From NCBI GenBank assembly GCA_050292115.1, contig JBNKLA010000057.1, forward strand, positions 239-64,238: a stretch of 64,000 nt of DNA. The letters run 5' to 3'. This document shows positions 44,543 through 54,607 of the stretch, piece after piece. The translations under genes were made by a program, and so were the position numbers. A model generated the notes under the pieces. That model was not told the DNA's origin, made no database searches, and saw only the letters and a program-made list of their open reading frames with translations. This stretch comes from Sulfurimonadaceae bacterium (GTDB taxonomy: Bacteria > Campylobacterota > Campylobacteria > Campylobacterales > Sulfurimonadaceae). Within the stretch, counting starts at the first letter, position 1, and every line of letters starts with the position of its first letter.

Positions 44543-46399
44543 TCAATCACCGCTTGGCCCGTTATGACAGTCATAACAGGTTACCTGATCGCCTTTTTTA
44601 TACGTTACGGTTTTGCCTTCGGCTCTGAAGCTACGATCACTCCATACTGCCGAGAGTGCGGAACCGCGATAATCACTACCGTGGCATGAACGGCACGACG
44701 CACGGTCACGCTCGGCGTAATCTTCATGATCGCTAACCCATCGTGATCCGACCGTATGCATTCCGTGAGGGCCACCCGATTTAGTTCGAGGAACACTATC
44801 ATGGCACGCGCTACACTCCGCTACCGTACCGCTATGTCCCTGTAAGGAGATACTCAGCAGATTATCGCCTGCTTCATGCGATGGATAAATAGCATGTGTG
44901 GCACCGTGGCATGATTCACACTGAAGGTCACCGTGACCCGTGCTAAAGCGGTACAGGCTGTATCCGCTAGCCGGCGTATTAGGATTGGTGGCAAAACGGG
45001 TATCGACTGCGGCGCGAAGCGTCCCGTTTGATGTAAGTGCCGAAGTATAGCGTTTGCCGTCTTGGTGGCACGACTGGCAATTGGGCTCTTCAAACCATCC
45101 GTTGCGGCTTGACGCGCCGACTTGAGCCATGTTACCGTGACAGCTTTGACAATCCATTCCCGCGTCACCCATAGCACCGCGCAGACACTGCGTCTCTTGC
45201 CCTGGGTGACAGCTATAACATGAGTTACGGTTGCTACTGGAATTAAGCGTTCCGCCGTTTTTAGGATCGGCAGCATTGGCATGACCACTATGTATGGCTT
45301 TTGTAAGCGGCGGCACACCGGAGACTCCGGTACCTGCAAGGGCATTGGAAGCGTGGCACGATGCACATAAAATCGGTGTGCCCGAAGTTTGTGTGGCTTC
45401 AAGTCCACCGGCGTTGTAGCTAATTCCTTTTGCCTGCAATGCACTCATATTATTGCTAACGGCATTGGGATGCAGATCATCATGTTTGCGCAAAATGTTA
45501 CGTTTGTAATCGCGTAGCGCGTTGGCATCATTCACCCATCCCGCATCGGGACGGGCATCGGCATACCCGCTGGTACTGCCATGGCAGGTACGACAATCCA
45601 TCTCATCACTCACGGGTAACACCGTAATCGCTTCGGCAAGTACCGCACCCGAACTGTTTTTGGCCACGACCTTAACACGCGGATAGAAATTTTTGGCACC
45701 GTTATCATCAATAGGGGTAAGTGGAATCCCCTCGGCTTCCCACCACTCATGCGTCGCATTAAACTGCATTGTCTGTGGCGTACGAGTTTGTACTTTCATG
45801 CCGGCTAAACCGGTATCATCCGCAAGCGCGGCACCGTAAAGTTTCTCAGAGTAGTCCCAGAAGTTTGTTTTTGGATTATTGTGTTCATCCACCATGCTGG
45901 TAGTATTGTAAACACCACTTGCGCTTGCTTCGGCTTCGTAGGTGAGTGTCACACCGCTAGTCACTAAATCACCGCTCTTACTTTTCAATTGGGCATGAAG
46001 CGTATTGTAGGGCGGTAAAATCGAAAAGACCGAATAGTCATCGCCGTCCATACAGTGCATCCCCAAATCGTTCCACGCTAAAAGCGCATAATTTCCGGTT
46101 TGAGCGGCAACCGATGATGACGAAGCAGAGCGCGCCGACGATGATGAACGTGACCACCTACTTGATGAAGAAGAGCGTGACCATCTGCTTGATGATGAAG
46201 AAGAGCGTGACCACCTGCTCGAAGACGAAGAGGACCTCGACCATCGGCTTGATGATGAATGATGCTCTTCATCCTCATCACTCTCATAATGATTGTGCGA
46301 ATTATACGAACTCTCTTTGTTGCCTGAACTTGCGCTTTGACAACCACCAATAGCCAGTACCAATGCTACGGCACCCATACTCAAAAACAGCGACTTCAT
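44543..46399 (-). CDS. Nine-haem c-type cytochrome lipoprotein with a Ser-rich repeat linker
   Basis: Lipobox LAIGGC. Nine CXXCH motifs (CRTCH, CASCH, CYSCH, CQSCH x2, CESCH, CSACH, CRSCH, CYDCH). Confidence 0.85.
   Translation of the reverse strand: MKSLFLSMGAVALVLAIGGCQSASSGNKESSYNSHNHYESDEDEEHHSSSSRWSRSSSSSSRWSRSSSSSSRWSRSSSSSRWSRSSSSARSASSSSVAAQTGNYALLAWNDLGMHCMDGDDYSVFSILPPYNTLHAQLKSKSGDLVTSGVTLTYEAEASASGVYNTTSMVDEHNNPKTNFWDYSEKLYGAALADDTGLAGMKVQTRTPQTMQFNATHEWWEAEGIPLTPIDDNGAKNFYPRVKVVAKNSSGAVLAEAITVLPVSDEMDCRTCHGSTSGYADARPDAGWVNDANALRDYKRNILRKHDDLHPNAVSNNMSALQAKGISYNAGGLEATQTSGTPILCASCHASNALAGTGVSGVPPLTKAIHSGHANAADPKNGGTLNSSSNRNSCYSCHPGQETQCLRGAMGDAGMDCQSCHGNMAQVGASSRNGWFEEPNCQSCHQDGKRYTSALTSNGTLRAAVDTRFATNPNTPASGYSLYRFSTGHGDLQCESCHGATHAIYPSHEAGDNLLSISLQGHSGTVAECSACHDSVPRTKSGGPHGMHTVGSRWVSDHEDYAERDRASCRSCHGSDYRGSALSAVWSDRSFRAEGKTVTYKKGDQVTCYDCHNGPSGD
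46112..46258 (-). repeat. Imperfect 27-30 bp in-frame tandem repeats encoding (S)n-RWSR units
   Basis: The protein reads SSSSRWSR SSSSSSRWSR SSSSSSRWSR SSSSSRWSR SSSSARSASSSS. The DNA units are similar but not identical. Confidence 0.7.
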
Positions 46400-46479
46400 G
46401 TTTACTCCTCGCTAAACGTTGTAAACCGAAGTATGAAATAGTTTTATGAAGGAATGATGAGGCGTGAAATTAGGCTAAC

Positions 46480-47844
46480 TTATCTTGGCAACCCGCCAAG
46501 ACCGCCCATTCCACCGGGGCCGCCCATCTGTCCCATCATCTTTTGCAGATCGGCCATTCCTTTTTTGCCTGAGAATTTTTTGGCCATCTTAGAGGCGTTT
46601 TTAAACTGCTTGAGCATACGGTTCACTTCTACTTGCGACAAACCGCACCCTTTGGCAATGCGTTGTTTGCGCGAATTGTTGAGCAGATCGGGGTCTTCGC
46701 GCTCTTTAGGGGTCATGGAAGTTACCATCGCTTTGATGACCACAATTTCGCGTGAATTTTCCAGATCGACATCTTTAAGGGCGTTCGCCATATTGCCCAT
46801 GCCCGGAATCATGCCCATCAGTGATTTCATATTGCCCAGTTTACTAATAGACTCCATCTGCTCAAGAAAATCGTTAAAGTTGAATTTGCCTTTTTTAATC
46901 TTTTGGGTCATCTTTTTAGCGGTTTTCTCATCAATTACCGCCGCCGTTTTCTCGGCAAGTCCTTCGACATCGCCAAATCCCATAAGACGGTTGGTAATGC
47001 GCTCTGGTAAAAACGGCTCGATATCTTCCATCTTCTCGCCGCTACCGATAAAGCGTAGCGGTACCTGAACCTGATGCGCGATGCCCAGTGCCACGCCGCC
47101 TTTGGAGTCGCCGTCGTATTTGCTTAAAATAACCCCGTCAATACCGATCTGTTCATGAAAACTCTGCGCCGTGCGTACCGAATCCTGCCCTGTCAGTGAA
47201 TCGGCAACATAAAAAATTTCGTGCGGTTTGGCCGTTTCACGCACCTGTTTTAGCTCGTCCATCAATTCATCGTCAATCGCCAAACGTCCGGCGGTATCGA
47301 TGAGCACGACATCATAGAGTGACTGCGACGCTTTGGCCATAGCGCCACTCACCACTTCGACCGGATTTTTGGTCACATCGTCGCTATAAAGCTCTACTTC
47401 GATCTTCTCACAAATCTGGCGCAGTTGCTCCACCGCCGCCATACGCTGTAAGTCCGCCGCAACTACCAGCACTTTTTTCTTGCGGTTTTTAAGATAGAGC
47501 GCCAATTTTCCGGTAGTGGTCGTTTTTCCCGAACCTTGAAGCCCCGTCATTAAAATCACGGTCGGAGGGTGCGATGCGAAAACAAAGCCCTGGTTGCCTT
47601 TAGTCTCTAAAATAGCGTTGAGACTTTCACTCATGGCATTCATAAACTGATCTTTGCCGATGCCCGCTTCTTTAGTTTTGAGTTCCACCGATTGAATCAA
47701 GTCTTTAACGACCTTATGATTCACATCGGATTTAAGTAGCGATTTTTTCAGCTCATTGAGCGCTTTACTAAGCGCCTTTTCATCATCATGAAAACGGATT
47801 TTTTTGAGTGCGCCGCTAAACGACTCGGTCAGGGTATCAAACAC
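46480..47844 (-). CDS. ffh: Signal recognition particle protein Ffh
   Basis: GLQGSGKTTT, DTAGR and a Met-rich M domain. GTG start with an AAAGGAG RBS. Confidence 0.97.
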   Translation of the reverse strand: MFDTLTESFSGALKKIRFHDDEKALSKALNELKKSLLKSDVNHKVVKDLIQSVELKTKEAGIGKDQFMNAMSESLNAILETKGNQGFVFASHPPTVILMTGLQGSGKTTTTGKLALYLKNRKKKVLVVAADLQRMAAVEQLRQICEKIEVELYSDDVTKNPVEVVSGAMAKASQSLYDVVLIDTAGRLAIDDELMDELKQVRETAKPHEIFYVADSLTGQDSVRTAQSFHEQIGIDGVILSKYDGDSKGGVALGIAHQVQVPLRFIGSGEKMEDIEPFLPERITNRLMGFGDVEGLAEKTAAVIDEKTAKKMTQKIKKGKFNFNDFLEQMESISKLGNMKSLMGMIPGMGNMANALKDVDLENSREIVVIKAMVTSMTPKEREDPDLLNNSRKQRIAKGCGLSQVEVNRMLKQFKNASKMAKKFSGKKGMADLQKMMGQMGGPGGMGGLGGLPR

Positions 47845-47883
47845 GCCGGCTCCTTTAAAAGTGAAATTTTATCGAATTTGGGC

Positions 47884-48621
47884 TTATGACGACGCAAAGT
47901 GCGCAAACACTTTAGGCTCCGGCGCTTCAAAGCTGTAGCCTAGCAACTCCACCTTTTTGGCATGAAGCATGACGCGCTGGTAGCGTCTACCGCCGTATTG
48001 CTCATCGCCGATGATCGAGTGATCTATGGAGCGCAAATGGGTGCGAATTTGGTGCGTGCGCCCGTGGTGGATAATGAGTTTGAGTTTGGTTTTTTTACCG
48101 CTAACCAGTTCAGGGTAGACCTCGGTAATCGCCGGTTTGCCCTGCTTTGAAACTTTAGAGTACGCCTTGCCGCCGCGTTTTTCGGTGATGATGGGCTTAT
48201 CAATCACCGTCTCTTCAGTAAGCATTCCATCGACCCAGGCTACATACTCTTTGTAGACCTCATCACGTTTAAACGCTTTAATGGCCTCTTGCTGAAACGC
48301 CTCGTTTTTCACCAGCATCAGCACGCCACTGGTTTCACGATCAAGTCGGTGCAAGAGCTTTGCACCCGCAAACTGCCGCTCGATCTCGTCGGAGTTGACA
48401 AAAGGCGGTTTATCGACTACCACAAGGTTGTCATCTTCAAAGATCGGTTTGGCCTTTTCAACTTCATTCACACGAAATTTTGTTTTGCTATCCAGTTCGC
48501 CACGGGCGATCACCACTTTTTTGCCTCCCACATAGACCAGTCCGCGGTCAATCAACGCTTTGGCCTGATTGTTGGAGATGCCCTGTTGCTGGGCTAGAAG
48601 TTTATACGCTTTTTCCATCAT
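47884..48621 (-). CDS. RluA-family pseudouridine synthase with an S4 domain
   Basis: HRLDRETSGVLML catalytic motif and an N-terminal S4-like segment. Confidence 0.85.
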   Translation of the reverse strand: MMEKAYKLLAQQQGISNNQAKALIDRGLVYVGGKKVVIARGELDSKTKFRVNEVEKAKPIFEDDNLVVVDKPPFVNSDEIERQFAGAKLLHRLDRETSGVLMLVKNEAFQQEAIKAFKRDEVYKEYVAWVDGMLTEETVIDKPIITEKRGGKAYSKVSKQGKPAITEVYPELVSGKKTKLKLIIHHGRTHQIRTHLRSIDHSIIGDEQYGGRRYQRVMLHAKKVELLGYSFEAPEPKVFAHFASS

Positions 48622-49805
48622 GGTAATACTGCTTTCATATCGTTTATTATCTCGCTTAGATCGATCTTCTCATCAATCATCGAAGGCGGAAGCTCATGCG
48701 TTTTTCGTAAAGCCGCGCCAATGGCATCGCGCTCAACAAACTGAACGTGATGTACATATTTAAAAAGCTCTTTTTGGTTAAAAAAGTGCACTCCGCTAAT
48801 AATCTTACATCCAAAATGCGCCGGTTCCAGTGGATTGTGCCCGCCGACATTTTCATTAAACGCACCACCTAAAATTACGACATCGCTTATGGCGTAGATA
48901 TTGTTGAGTTCACCCAAAGTATCGAGTAGCACAATATCCGCATCAAAGCCCTCTTTGTCGCTCCAGCGTTTACAGGCACCCTGAAAGAAGTGCCCTTGGG
49001 GTGTAAAAGTGTTACATGTAAGGCTATCCCATACTGCGCTGAAACGTTCAGGATGGCGCGGTGCGATGATAAGCATACTCTCACTATGCGTCTGACGATA
49101 CACCATAAACGCTTCAACAATCGCCTGCTCTTCACCTTCATGTGTGCTGGCCGCCGTAATGACTTCGCGCTTTGGTTTCTCATAGCTACGGCTCAGCTCA
49201 ATCTTTTGCGCCAGTTTGATATTACCCAATACCTTTACATGTAAGGCTTCCAGTGCCACGAAACGGTTTTTATCTGCCTCAGACTGCACATAGATAGCGT
49301 CACAATACTCAAGTAATTTACGATAAAACCACCCAAAACGCAGATATTTGGCAAAACTGCGCTCTGAGATGCGGGCGTTAAGCAATACCACCTTTGCGCC
49401 ACGCGCTTTGGCAATATGAAAGAGCAGATACCAAAACTCCGCCTCTAACACCACCACCATTTTAGGCCGTTTAATCCAAAAAGGCAAGAACATTTCAAAC
49501 GGAAGGTAGCGCACTTCACAACCGTACTTTTGCGCCTCGGCATACCCCGTATGCGTGATCGTCGAAATCATAACGTTTTCACTTCCAATCGCTTCAATGA
49601 GCGGTGCAAGTGAACGCACCTCGCCTAAAGAGCAGGCATGAAACCAGATGCCCTTACATGTAAAGCGCGGATTGCGCCATAAAAAGAAACGTGCGGGAAT
49701 CGAACGGCGGTATTTGGATTTAAAACTTAAAACAAGCAGTAGCGGTAGCGCCAGTGCATAAAGCGCCAACGCAAGCGTGAAATAAAAGAGCGTAAAGAGC
49801 TTCAC
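48618..49805 (-). CDS. waaA: 3-deoxy-D-manno-octulosonic acid (Kdo) transferase
   Basis: N-terminal anchor, then WFHACSLGEV and GGHNPLEPA motifs typical of WaaA/KdtA. Confidence 0.85.
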   Translation of the reverse strand: MKLFTLFYFTLALALYALALPLLLVLSFKSKYRRSIPARFFLWRNPRFTCKGIWFHACSLGEVRSLAPLIEAIGSENVMISTITHTGYAEAQKYGCEVRYLPFEMFLPFWIKRPKMVVVLEAEFWYLLFHIAKARGAKVVLLNARISERSFAKYLRFGWFYRKLLEYCDAIYVQSEADKNRFVALEALHVKVLGNIKLAQKIELSRSYEKPKREVITAASTHEGEEQAIVEAFMVYRQTHSESMLIIAPRHPERFSAVWDSLTCNTFTPQGHFFQGACKRWSDKEGFDADIVLLDTLGELNNIYAISDVVILGGAFNENVGGHNPLEPAHFGCKIISGVHFFNQKELFKYVHHVQFVERDAIGAALRKTHELPPSMIDEKIDLSEIINDMKAVLP

Positions 49806-49816
49806 GGTGCGGCGGC

Positions 49817-50548
49817 TCAGGCGCTCGCTTCGTCTCCGTCTTCACTCGGCTCGATATAAAGCAAACGGCCGCAGTGTGGACAGGTAGTAATCTCTTCGCC
49901 GCGGATCACCTCGGAGTAGGTTTTATCATTGATAGCCATAAAACAGCCCATACACGCTTGATGTTTCACCGGTACGGCAGTAGTGTTTTTAGCCCAACGG
50001 CGAATTTTTTGATAAAACGCCAAACCTTTTTGATTCATTTGTGATACCAGAGCCTCTTTTTTAGCAAACACTTGTTGGCGTTCGACATCAATGGCTGCAA
50101 GTTTTTCATCGACTTCAGCTTTGATCTCAGCAAGGCTTTCATCAATCTGTGTCATCTCCGCTTCAAGTTCGCCAACCTTCTCTTCTTTGCTGGCGATCAC
50201 ACGTTCCAGACGTTCAATCTCTTCGTTGGCAAAAGCAACCTGCTCTTTGGCAATCTCCTCTTCGAGTTGAAGCGATTTCATCTCGCGCTCCGACTTAATT
50301 TCGGCGCTTTTTCTACTGTTCTCTTCAAGTTTAGCGGAGAGTTCGGCAAGATGCAGTTCGTTTTTCTGCTTTTTGATCTGCTCCTCTTTAATCTCGCTTT
50401 GAAGCAGTTGAATCTGTGTAGAGAGGCTCTCTTGCGTAGCAAGAACCGTCTCGTACTTGTGATTGGCTTCTTCGATCTGAGGCTCGAACGCATCGATCTC
50501 TTTGTCGATTGCCGAAAGCTCTATAAGCTGTTCAAGGTGTTTGTTCAT
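49817..50548 (-). CDS. Coiled-coil protein with a C-terminal C4 zinc ribbon (HP0958/DUF164-like)
   Basis: Long heptad-rich region, then CMGC...CPHCGR. Adjacent to a NIF3 homologue, as I recall for Helicobacter. Confidence 0.7.
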   Translation of the reverse strand: MNKHLEQLIELSAIDKEIDAFEPQIEEANHKYETVLATQESLSTQIQLLQSEIKEEQIKKQKNELHLAELSAKLEENSRKSAEIKSEREMKSLQLEEEIAKEQVAFANEEIERLERVIASKEEKVGELEAEMTQIDESLAEIKAEVDEKLAAIDVERQQVFAKKEALVSQMNQKGLAFYQKIRRWAKNTTAVPVKHQACMGCFMAINDKTYSEVIRGEEITTCPHCGRLLYIEPSEDGDEASA

Positions 50549-50589
50549 TTAGGTTCCTCTTTTTGGATATCTCTGGTTAGAAGTCGGTG

Positions 50590-51312
50590 CTATAAATAGG
50601 AAAAAGGATTTTTCGATTTTGAAATTATAGCCTCTAAACCTAAATTTTTCAACTCTTTGGCCAAAATCTCACTAAAATAGCGCTCGCTCTCATAGTGACC
50701 GATATCTAGCATACTCAGGCCGATACTGCGTGCTTCCATCGCGTCATGATACTTGATGTCGCCGGTCAGAAAGCAGTCTGCCTTAATTTGACGCATCAAA
50801 GATGCCCCCGATCCGGTGGTAAGCGCGACACGCCCAATATGCTCATGACATGCCACCATACGCATATGTTTAAGGCTAAATACATCGGCCACATGGCGGG
50901 CAAAATGTTCAAAACTATCGTTGACATCCATATAGGCCACAAAACCCTCTTTCTCTACAATGGAGTATCCCAGTATCGTTTCGGCAACGTAGCTATTAAG
51001 ATGTGTCTGGTCAAAATTGGTGTGCAGTGCAATATTGGAGATGTTTTTTTGAATCATCTTGCGCAACAATACGGCAGGGTATTGATTGAACTGCAACTGC
51101 TTCAAGCCACCAAAAATCAACGGATGGTGGGTAATGACCAGCGTCCCTTCATCAAGAGTGTCAATCATCTCTTCATCCAGATCGATACTGAGCACAATCG
51201 TACCGACTTCTTGCATAAAGTCGCCCACGATCAGTCCTGAATTGTCCCACGACTCTTGAAGTTCAAAGGGTGATAGCGTATCTAAAGCGCTGTACACGTC
51301 CGAGAGTCTCAT
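50590..51312 (-). CDS. Nif3-family dinuclear metal centre protein (YbgI-like)
   Basis: WDNSGL, ITHHPLIF and HYESE motifs. Confidence 0.85.
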   Translation of the reverse strand: MRLSDVYSALDTLSPFELQESWDNSGLIVGDFMQEVGTIVLSIDLDEEMIDTLDEGTLVITHHPLIFGGLKQLQFNQYPAVLLRKMIQKNISNIALHTNFDQTHLNSYVAETILGYSIVEKEGFVAYMDVNDSFEHFARHVADVFSLKHMRMVACHEHIGRVALTTGSGASLMRQIKADCFLTGDIKYHDAMEARSIGLSMLDIGHYESERYFSEILAKELKNLGLEAIISKSKNPFSYL

Positions 51313-51884
51313 TTAAGTTTCTCCAATTCAAACTTGGCCTGTGTAAAGTCAGGATCAATTTCAATGGCGCTCACATAGCGTTGACGGGCTTCCTCTTTAC
51401 GCTCCATATCCAGCAGTAAATTGGCATAATTGAAATGGGTTATCGCATAGTCATCATCAATCTCAAGTGCACGCCTATAATGCTCCTCGGCCTTCTCATA
51501 CGCTTTTTGACTTCGTAGCACCGAAGCAACGGCGTTATGGACTATATCGTCATGTTCATTGAGCGCCAGTGATGCTTCATACGCTTCAAGCGCTTCGTCA
51601 TATCGCCCCTCTTTGGCTAAAACAAAACCGAGTTTATTGAGGACTTCCGTGCTTTTGAGATCAATGTTATGGGCATTTTGCAGTAGGGTGAGCGCTTGAT
51701 AATACTCGCCTTGTTCATATGCACGATCGGCATCTTCAATCATCGATTCAACGCTCTGCGTCTCATACGGTATCGTCTCCTCTTCAGCAACGCTATCTCT
51801 ATCTTCAAGCGTCTTTACATGTAAGTAAATCTGATACGCAAAAAAGAGTGCCGCAGCAAGCAATATAACCGAAAAAAAGCTCAT
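51309..51884 (-). CDS. Membrane-anchored TPR-repeat protein
   Basis: The ATG at 51884 has an AAGGAG RBS. One TM segment is followed by several TPR units (YYQALTLLQNA..., YDEALEAYEASL...). Confidence 0.7.
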   Translation of the reverse strand: MSFFSVILLAAALFFAYQIYLHVKTLEDRDSVAEEETIPYETQSVESMIEDADRAYEQGEYYQALTLLQNAHNIDLKSTEVLNKLGFVLAKEGRYDEALEAYEASLALNEHDDIVHNAVASVLRSQKAYEKAEEHYRRALEIDDDYAITHFNYANLLLDMERKEEARQRYVSAIEIDPDFTQAKFELEKLK

Positions 51885-51968
51885 ACATTTCTCCTTGGTG
51901 ATGACAGTATAACCCAGATTCGTAACGAGGCATAGCGAAAATTCGTTATAATCCCCAAAAATATTTCG

Positions 51969-54077
51969 GTGAAGCTCATGACAACCAATCTTCAAGTACC
52001 TCAATACTATAACAACCGTGAGCTCTCATGGCTTCAGTTTAACACCCGTGTGCTCAAACAGGCGCAAGACCAGTCGCTTCCACTGTTGGAACGGTTGAAG
52101 TTTTTAGCCATTTACGGCACCAATCTCGACGAGTTTTATATGATTCGCGTTGCGGGGCTCAAAAAACTTTTTAGCGCCGGTGTAATCGTATCGGGAGCCG
52201 ACCGCCTTACACCGCTACAACAGCTGCGTGAGATTCGCAACTACCTGCATCAAGAGCTACAGGTCGTTGAACATACGAAACTCAGCATTTTTGAAAAACT
52301 CAAAAAAGAGGGTGTGGCCATCAAACGCTTTGCCGATGTGAGCCACGAAGAGCAAAAAATACTACATGAGTATTTTTATCAAAACATCTACCACGTTATC
52401 GTCCCTATCGCCGTAGATGCCACCCACCCCTTTCCGCACCTTAACAACCTAAGTTTTGGCCTGCTACTTAAACTCGCCGATGTGGAAGAGCCTTCGATTA
52501 CCCGCTACGGCATTGTACGCATTCCTCGTGTTTTACCGCGTTTTGTCGAGATCGGTAGCGGCAATTTTGTTTTAATCGAAAGTATCGTTTCCGAACATAT
52601 CGGCGATCTTTTTCCAGGCTATGAGCTTATCTCCGACGCTTCATTTCGTGTGACGCGTAATGCCGATATCGAGATTGAGGAGGAGGAAGCGGACGACTTT
52701 ATGGAGATGCTCGAAGAGGGGCTAAAACTTCGCAAAAAAGGTGAGCTTGTACGCCTTGAACTTGGACGCGGCGCCAATGATGACCTTATCGCTTTTTTTA
52801 ACCGCCACGCCAAGATCAATCCTGATGACATCTATCAGTTTCACACCTTTTTAAATCTCGGTAGCCTTTGGCAAATTGTAGGAAACAAAGATTTTGCCCA
52901 TTTGGTTCTACCTGCATTTAAACCACGTATTTTGCCACCGCTTTCAGAAAATGAGAGCATCTACAACATTTTAGACAAAGAAGATCTGCTACTCGTTCAC
53001 CCTTACGAAAGTTTTGAGCCGATTATTAATTTTATTCAGATCGCCTCAAAAGACCCCAATGTCGTTGCCATCAAAATGACGCTGTATCGTGCCGGAGCCA
53101 ATTCGCCCATTATCCAAGCGCTGATTCACGCGGCGGAGCTTGGCAAACAGGTCACGGTGATGGTGGAGCTTAAAGCGCGTTTTGACGAAGAGAACAACGT
53201 GCAGTGGGCCAGAGCACTCGAAAATTCCGGTGCCCACGTGATTTACGGTATCCGCGGTCTGAAAGTTCATGCTAAAGCGCTACTCATCACTCGCCGTATG
53301 GGCAATGAGCTCAAACAGTATGCTCACCTTGGTACCGGAAACTACAACGCTACAACGGCAAAAATCTACAGTGACATCAGCTATATGACCACCAATAGCG
53401 AAATCACCAACGACCTCACACGTTTTTTTCACTTTCTAACCGGTTTTAGCAAAAAAGGCACACTCAACAAGCTCTTTATGTCGCCTACGCAGATTAAACC
53501 CAAAATACTTGCAATGATCGAAAATGAGGCCAAAAAGCGAAAAGAGGGACACATCATTGCCAAAATTAACTCACTAGTTGATGAAGACGTGATCTGCGCA
53601 CTCTATAAAGCCTCACAAGCCGGTGTCCGTATTGAACTGGTCGTTAGGGGGATTTGTGCTCTAAAACCCGGCATTGAAGGTATCAGCGACAATATTCGCG
53701 TGATTTCTATTATTGGCAAATACCTTGAGCACGCCCGTATTTTTTATTTTAAACACGCCACTCCGCAGCTCTATATCTCAAGTGCCGATTGGATGACGCG
53801 TAATCTTTCGCGCCGTATCGAACTGCTTACCGGTATTGAAAGCGAAGAGCTTGCCGAACGCCTACTACAGATATTAAAACTGCAACTCAACGATAACACT
53901 CTAGCGCATGAGCTTCAAAGCGAAGGGCACTATGTTAAGGTCAAAACCGATCCTGAGAATCCTATTAATAATCAAGAGGTAATTGAGAATAACGTCAACA
54001 AAATTAACAAAGCCTCAAACAAAGAGCAACCCTCACGGGTACAGCAACTCACCAACCGTCTGTTTAAGGAGAGCTAA
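51969..54077 (+). CDS. ppk: Polyphosphate kinase 1
   Basis: NRELSWLQFNTRVL N-terminus and a conserved autophosphorylation-region His (VHAK). About 700 aa. The start is GTG 51969 or ATG 51978. Confidence 0.93.
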   Translation: MKLMTTNLQVPQYYNNRELSWLQFNTRVLKQAQDQSLPLLERLKFLAIYGTNLDEFYMIRVAGLKKLFSAGVIVSGADRLTPLQQLREIRNYLHQELQVVEHTKLSIFEKLKKEGVAIKRFADVSHEEQKILHEYFYQNIYHVIVPIAVDATHPFPHLNNLSFGLLLKLADVEEPSITRYGIVRIPRVLPRFVEIGSGNFVLIESIVSEHIGDLFPGYELISDASFRVTRNADIEIEEEEADDFMEMLEEGLKLRKKGELVRLELGRGANDDLIAFFNRHAKINPDDIYQFHTFLNLGSLWQIVGNKDFAHLVLPAFKPRILPPLSENESIYNILDKEDLLLVHPYESFEPIINFIQIASKDPNVVAIKMTLYRAGANSPIIQALIHAAELGKQVTVMVELKARFDEENNVQWARALENSGAHVIYGIRGLKVHAKALLITRRMGNELKQYAHLGTGNYNATTAKIYSDISYMTTNSEITNDLTRFFHFLTGFSKKGTLNKLFMSPTQIKPKILAMIENEAKKRKEGHIIAKINSLVDEDVICALYKASQAGVRIELVVRGICALKPGIEGISDNIRVISIIGKYLEHARIFYFKHATPQLYISSADWMTRNLSRRIELLTGIESEELAERLLQILKLQLNDNTLAHELQSEGHYVKVKTDPENPINNQEVIENNVNKINKASNKEQPSRVQQLTNRLFKES

Positions 54078-54602
54078 ATGATCGCCGGTTTTAAAACATG
54101 GAACCCAAAAATTGGAGCAAACAGCTGGATTGCCCCTTCATCGGATGTTATCGGTGATGTCACAATCGGTAAAGAGGTCTCCATCTGGTTTGGATGCGTT
54201 GTACGCGGCGATGTACACTACATAAGCATTGGAGACCGATCCAACATTCAAGATCTCTCCATGATTCATGTCACGCACTATAAAAAAACGGATCGCTCCG
54301 ACGGTTATCCGACGATTATCGGCAATGACGTCACGGTGGGACATCGCGTGATGCTACACGGCTGTACGATCGAGGATGCCTGCCTTATCGGTATGAGCGC
54401 CACTATCCTTGACGGTGCCGTGATTGGCAAAGAGTCTATTGTCGGCGCAGGCGCGCTGGTAACCAAAAACAAAGTCTTTCCACCCCGCTCGCTTATTATG
54501 GGCTCACCCGCCAAAGCCGTGCGTACGCTTAGTGATGCCGAAGTTCAAGAGCTTTACGATTCTGCCACACGTTATGTGACATTTAAAAACGAGTATATGT
54601 AA
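54078..54602 (+). CDS. Gamma-carbonic-anhydrase-like hexapeptide-repeat protein
   Basis: Left-handed beta-helix repeats and a His pattern (VGHRVMLHG). Confidence 0.8.
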   Translation: MIAGFKTWNPKIGANSWIAPSSDVIGDVTIGKEVSIWFGCVVRGDVHYISIGDRSNIQDLSMIHVTHYKKTDRSDGYPTIIGNDVTVGHRVMLHGCTIEDACLIGMSATILDGAVIGKESIVGAGALVTKNKVFPPRSLIMGSPAKAVRTLSDAEVQELYDSATRYVTFKNEYM

Positions 54603-54607
54603 CTCCG

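Noticed and set aside
46112-46258. The Ser-rich tandem repeat in the cytochrome gene as an on/off phase-variation switch.
   Set aside because: Unit lengths are multiples of three and the units are imperfect. Slippage would therefore change linker length and not the reading frame. No long homopolymeric G/C tracts were seen anywhere in the window.
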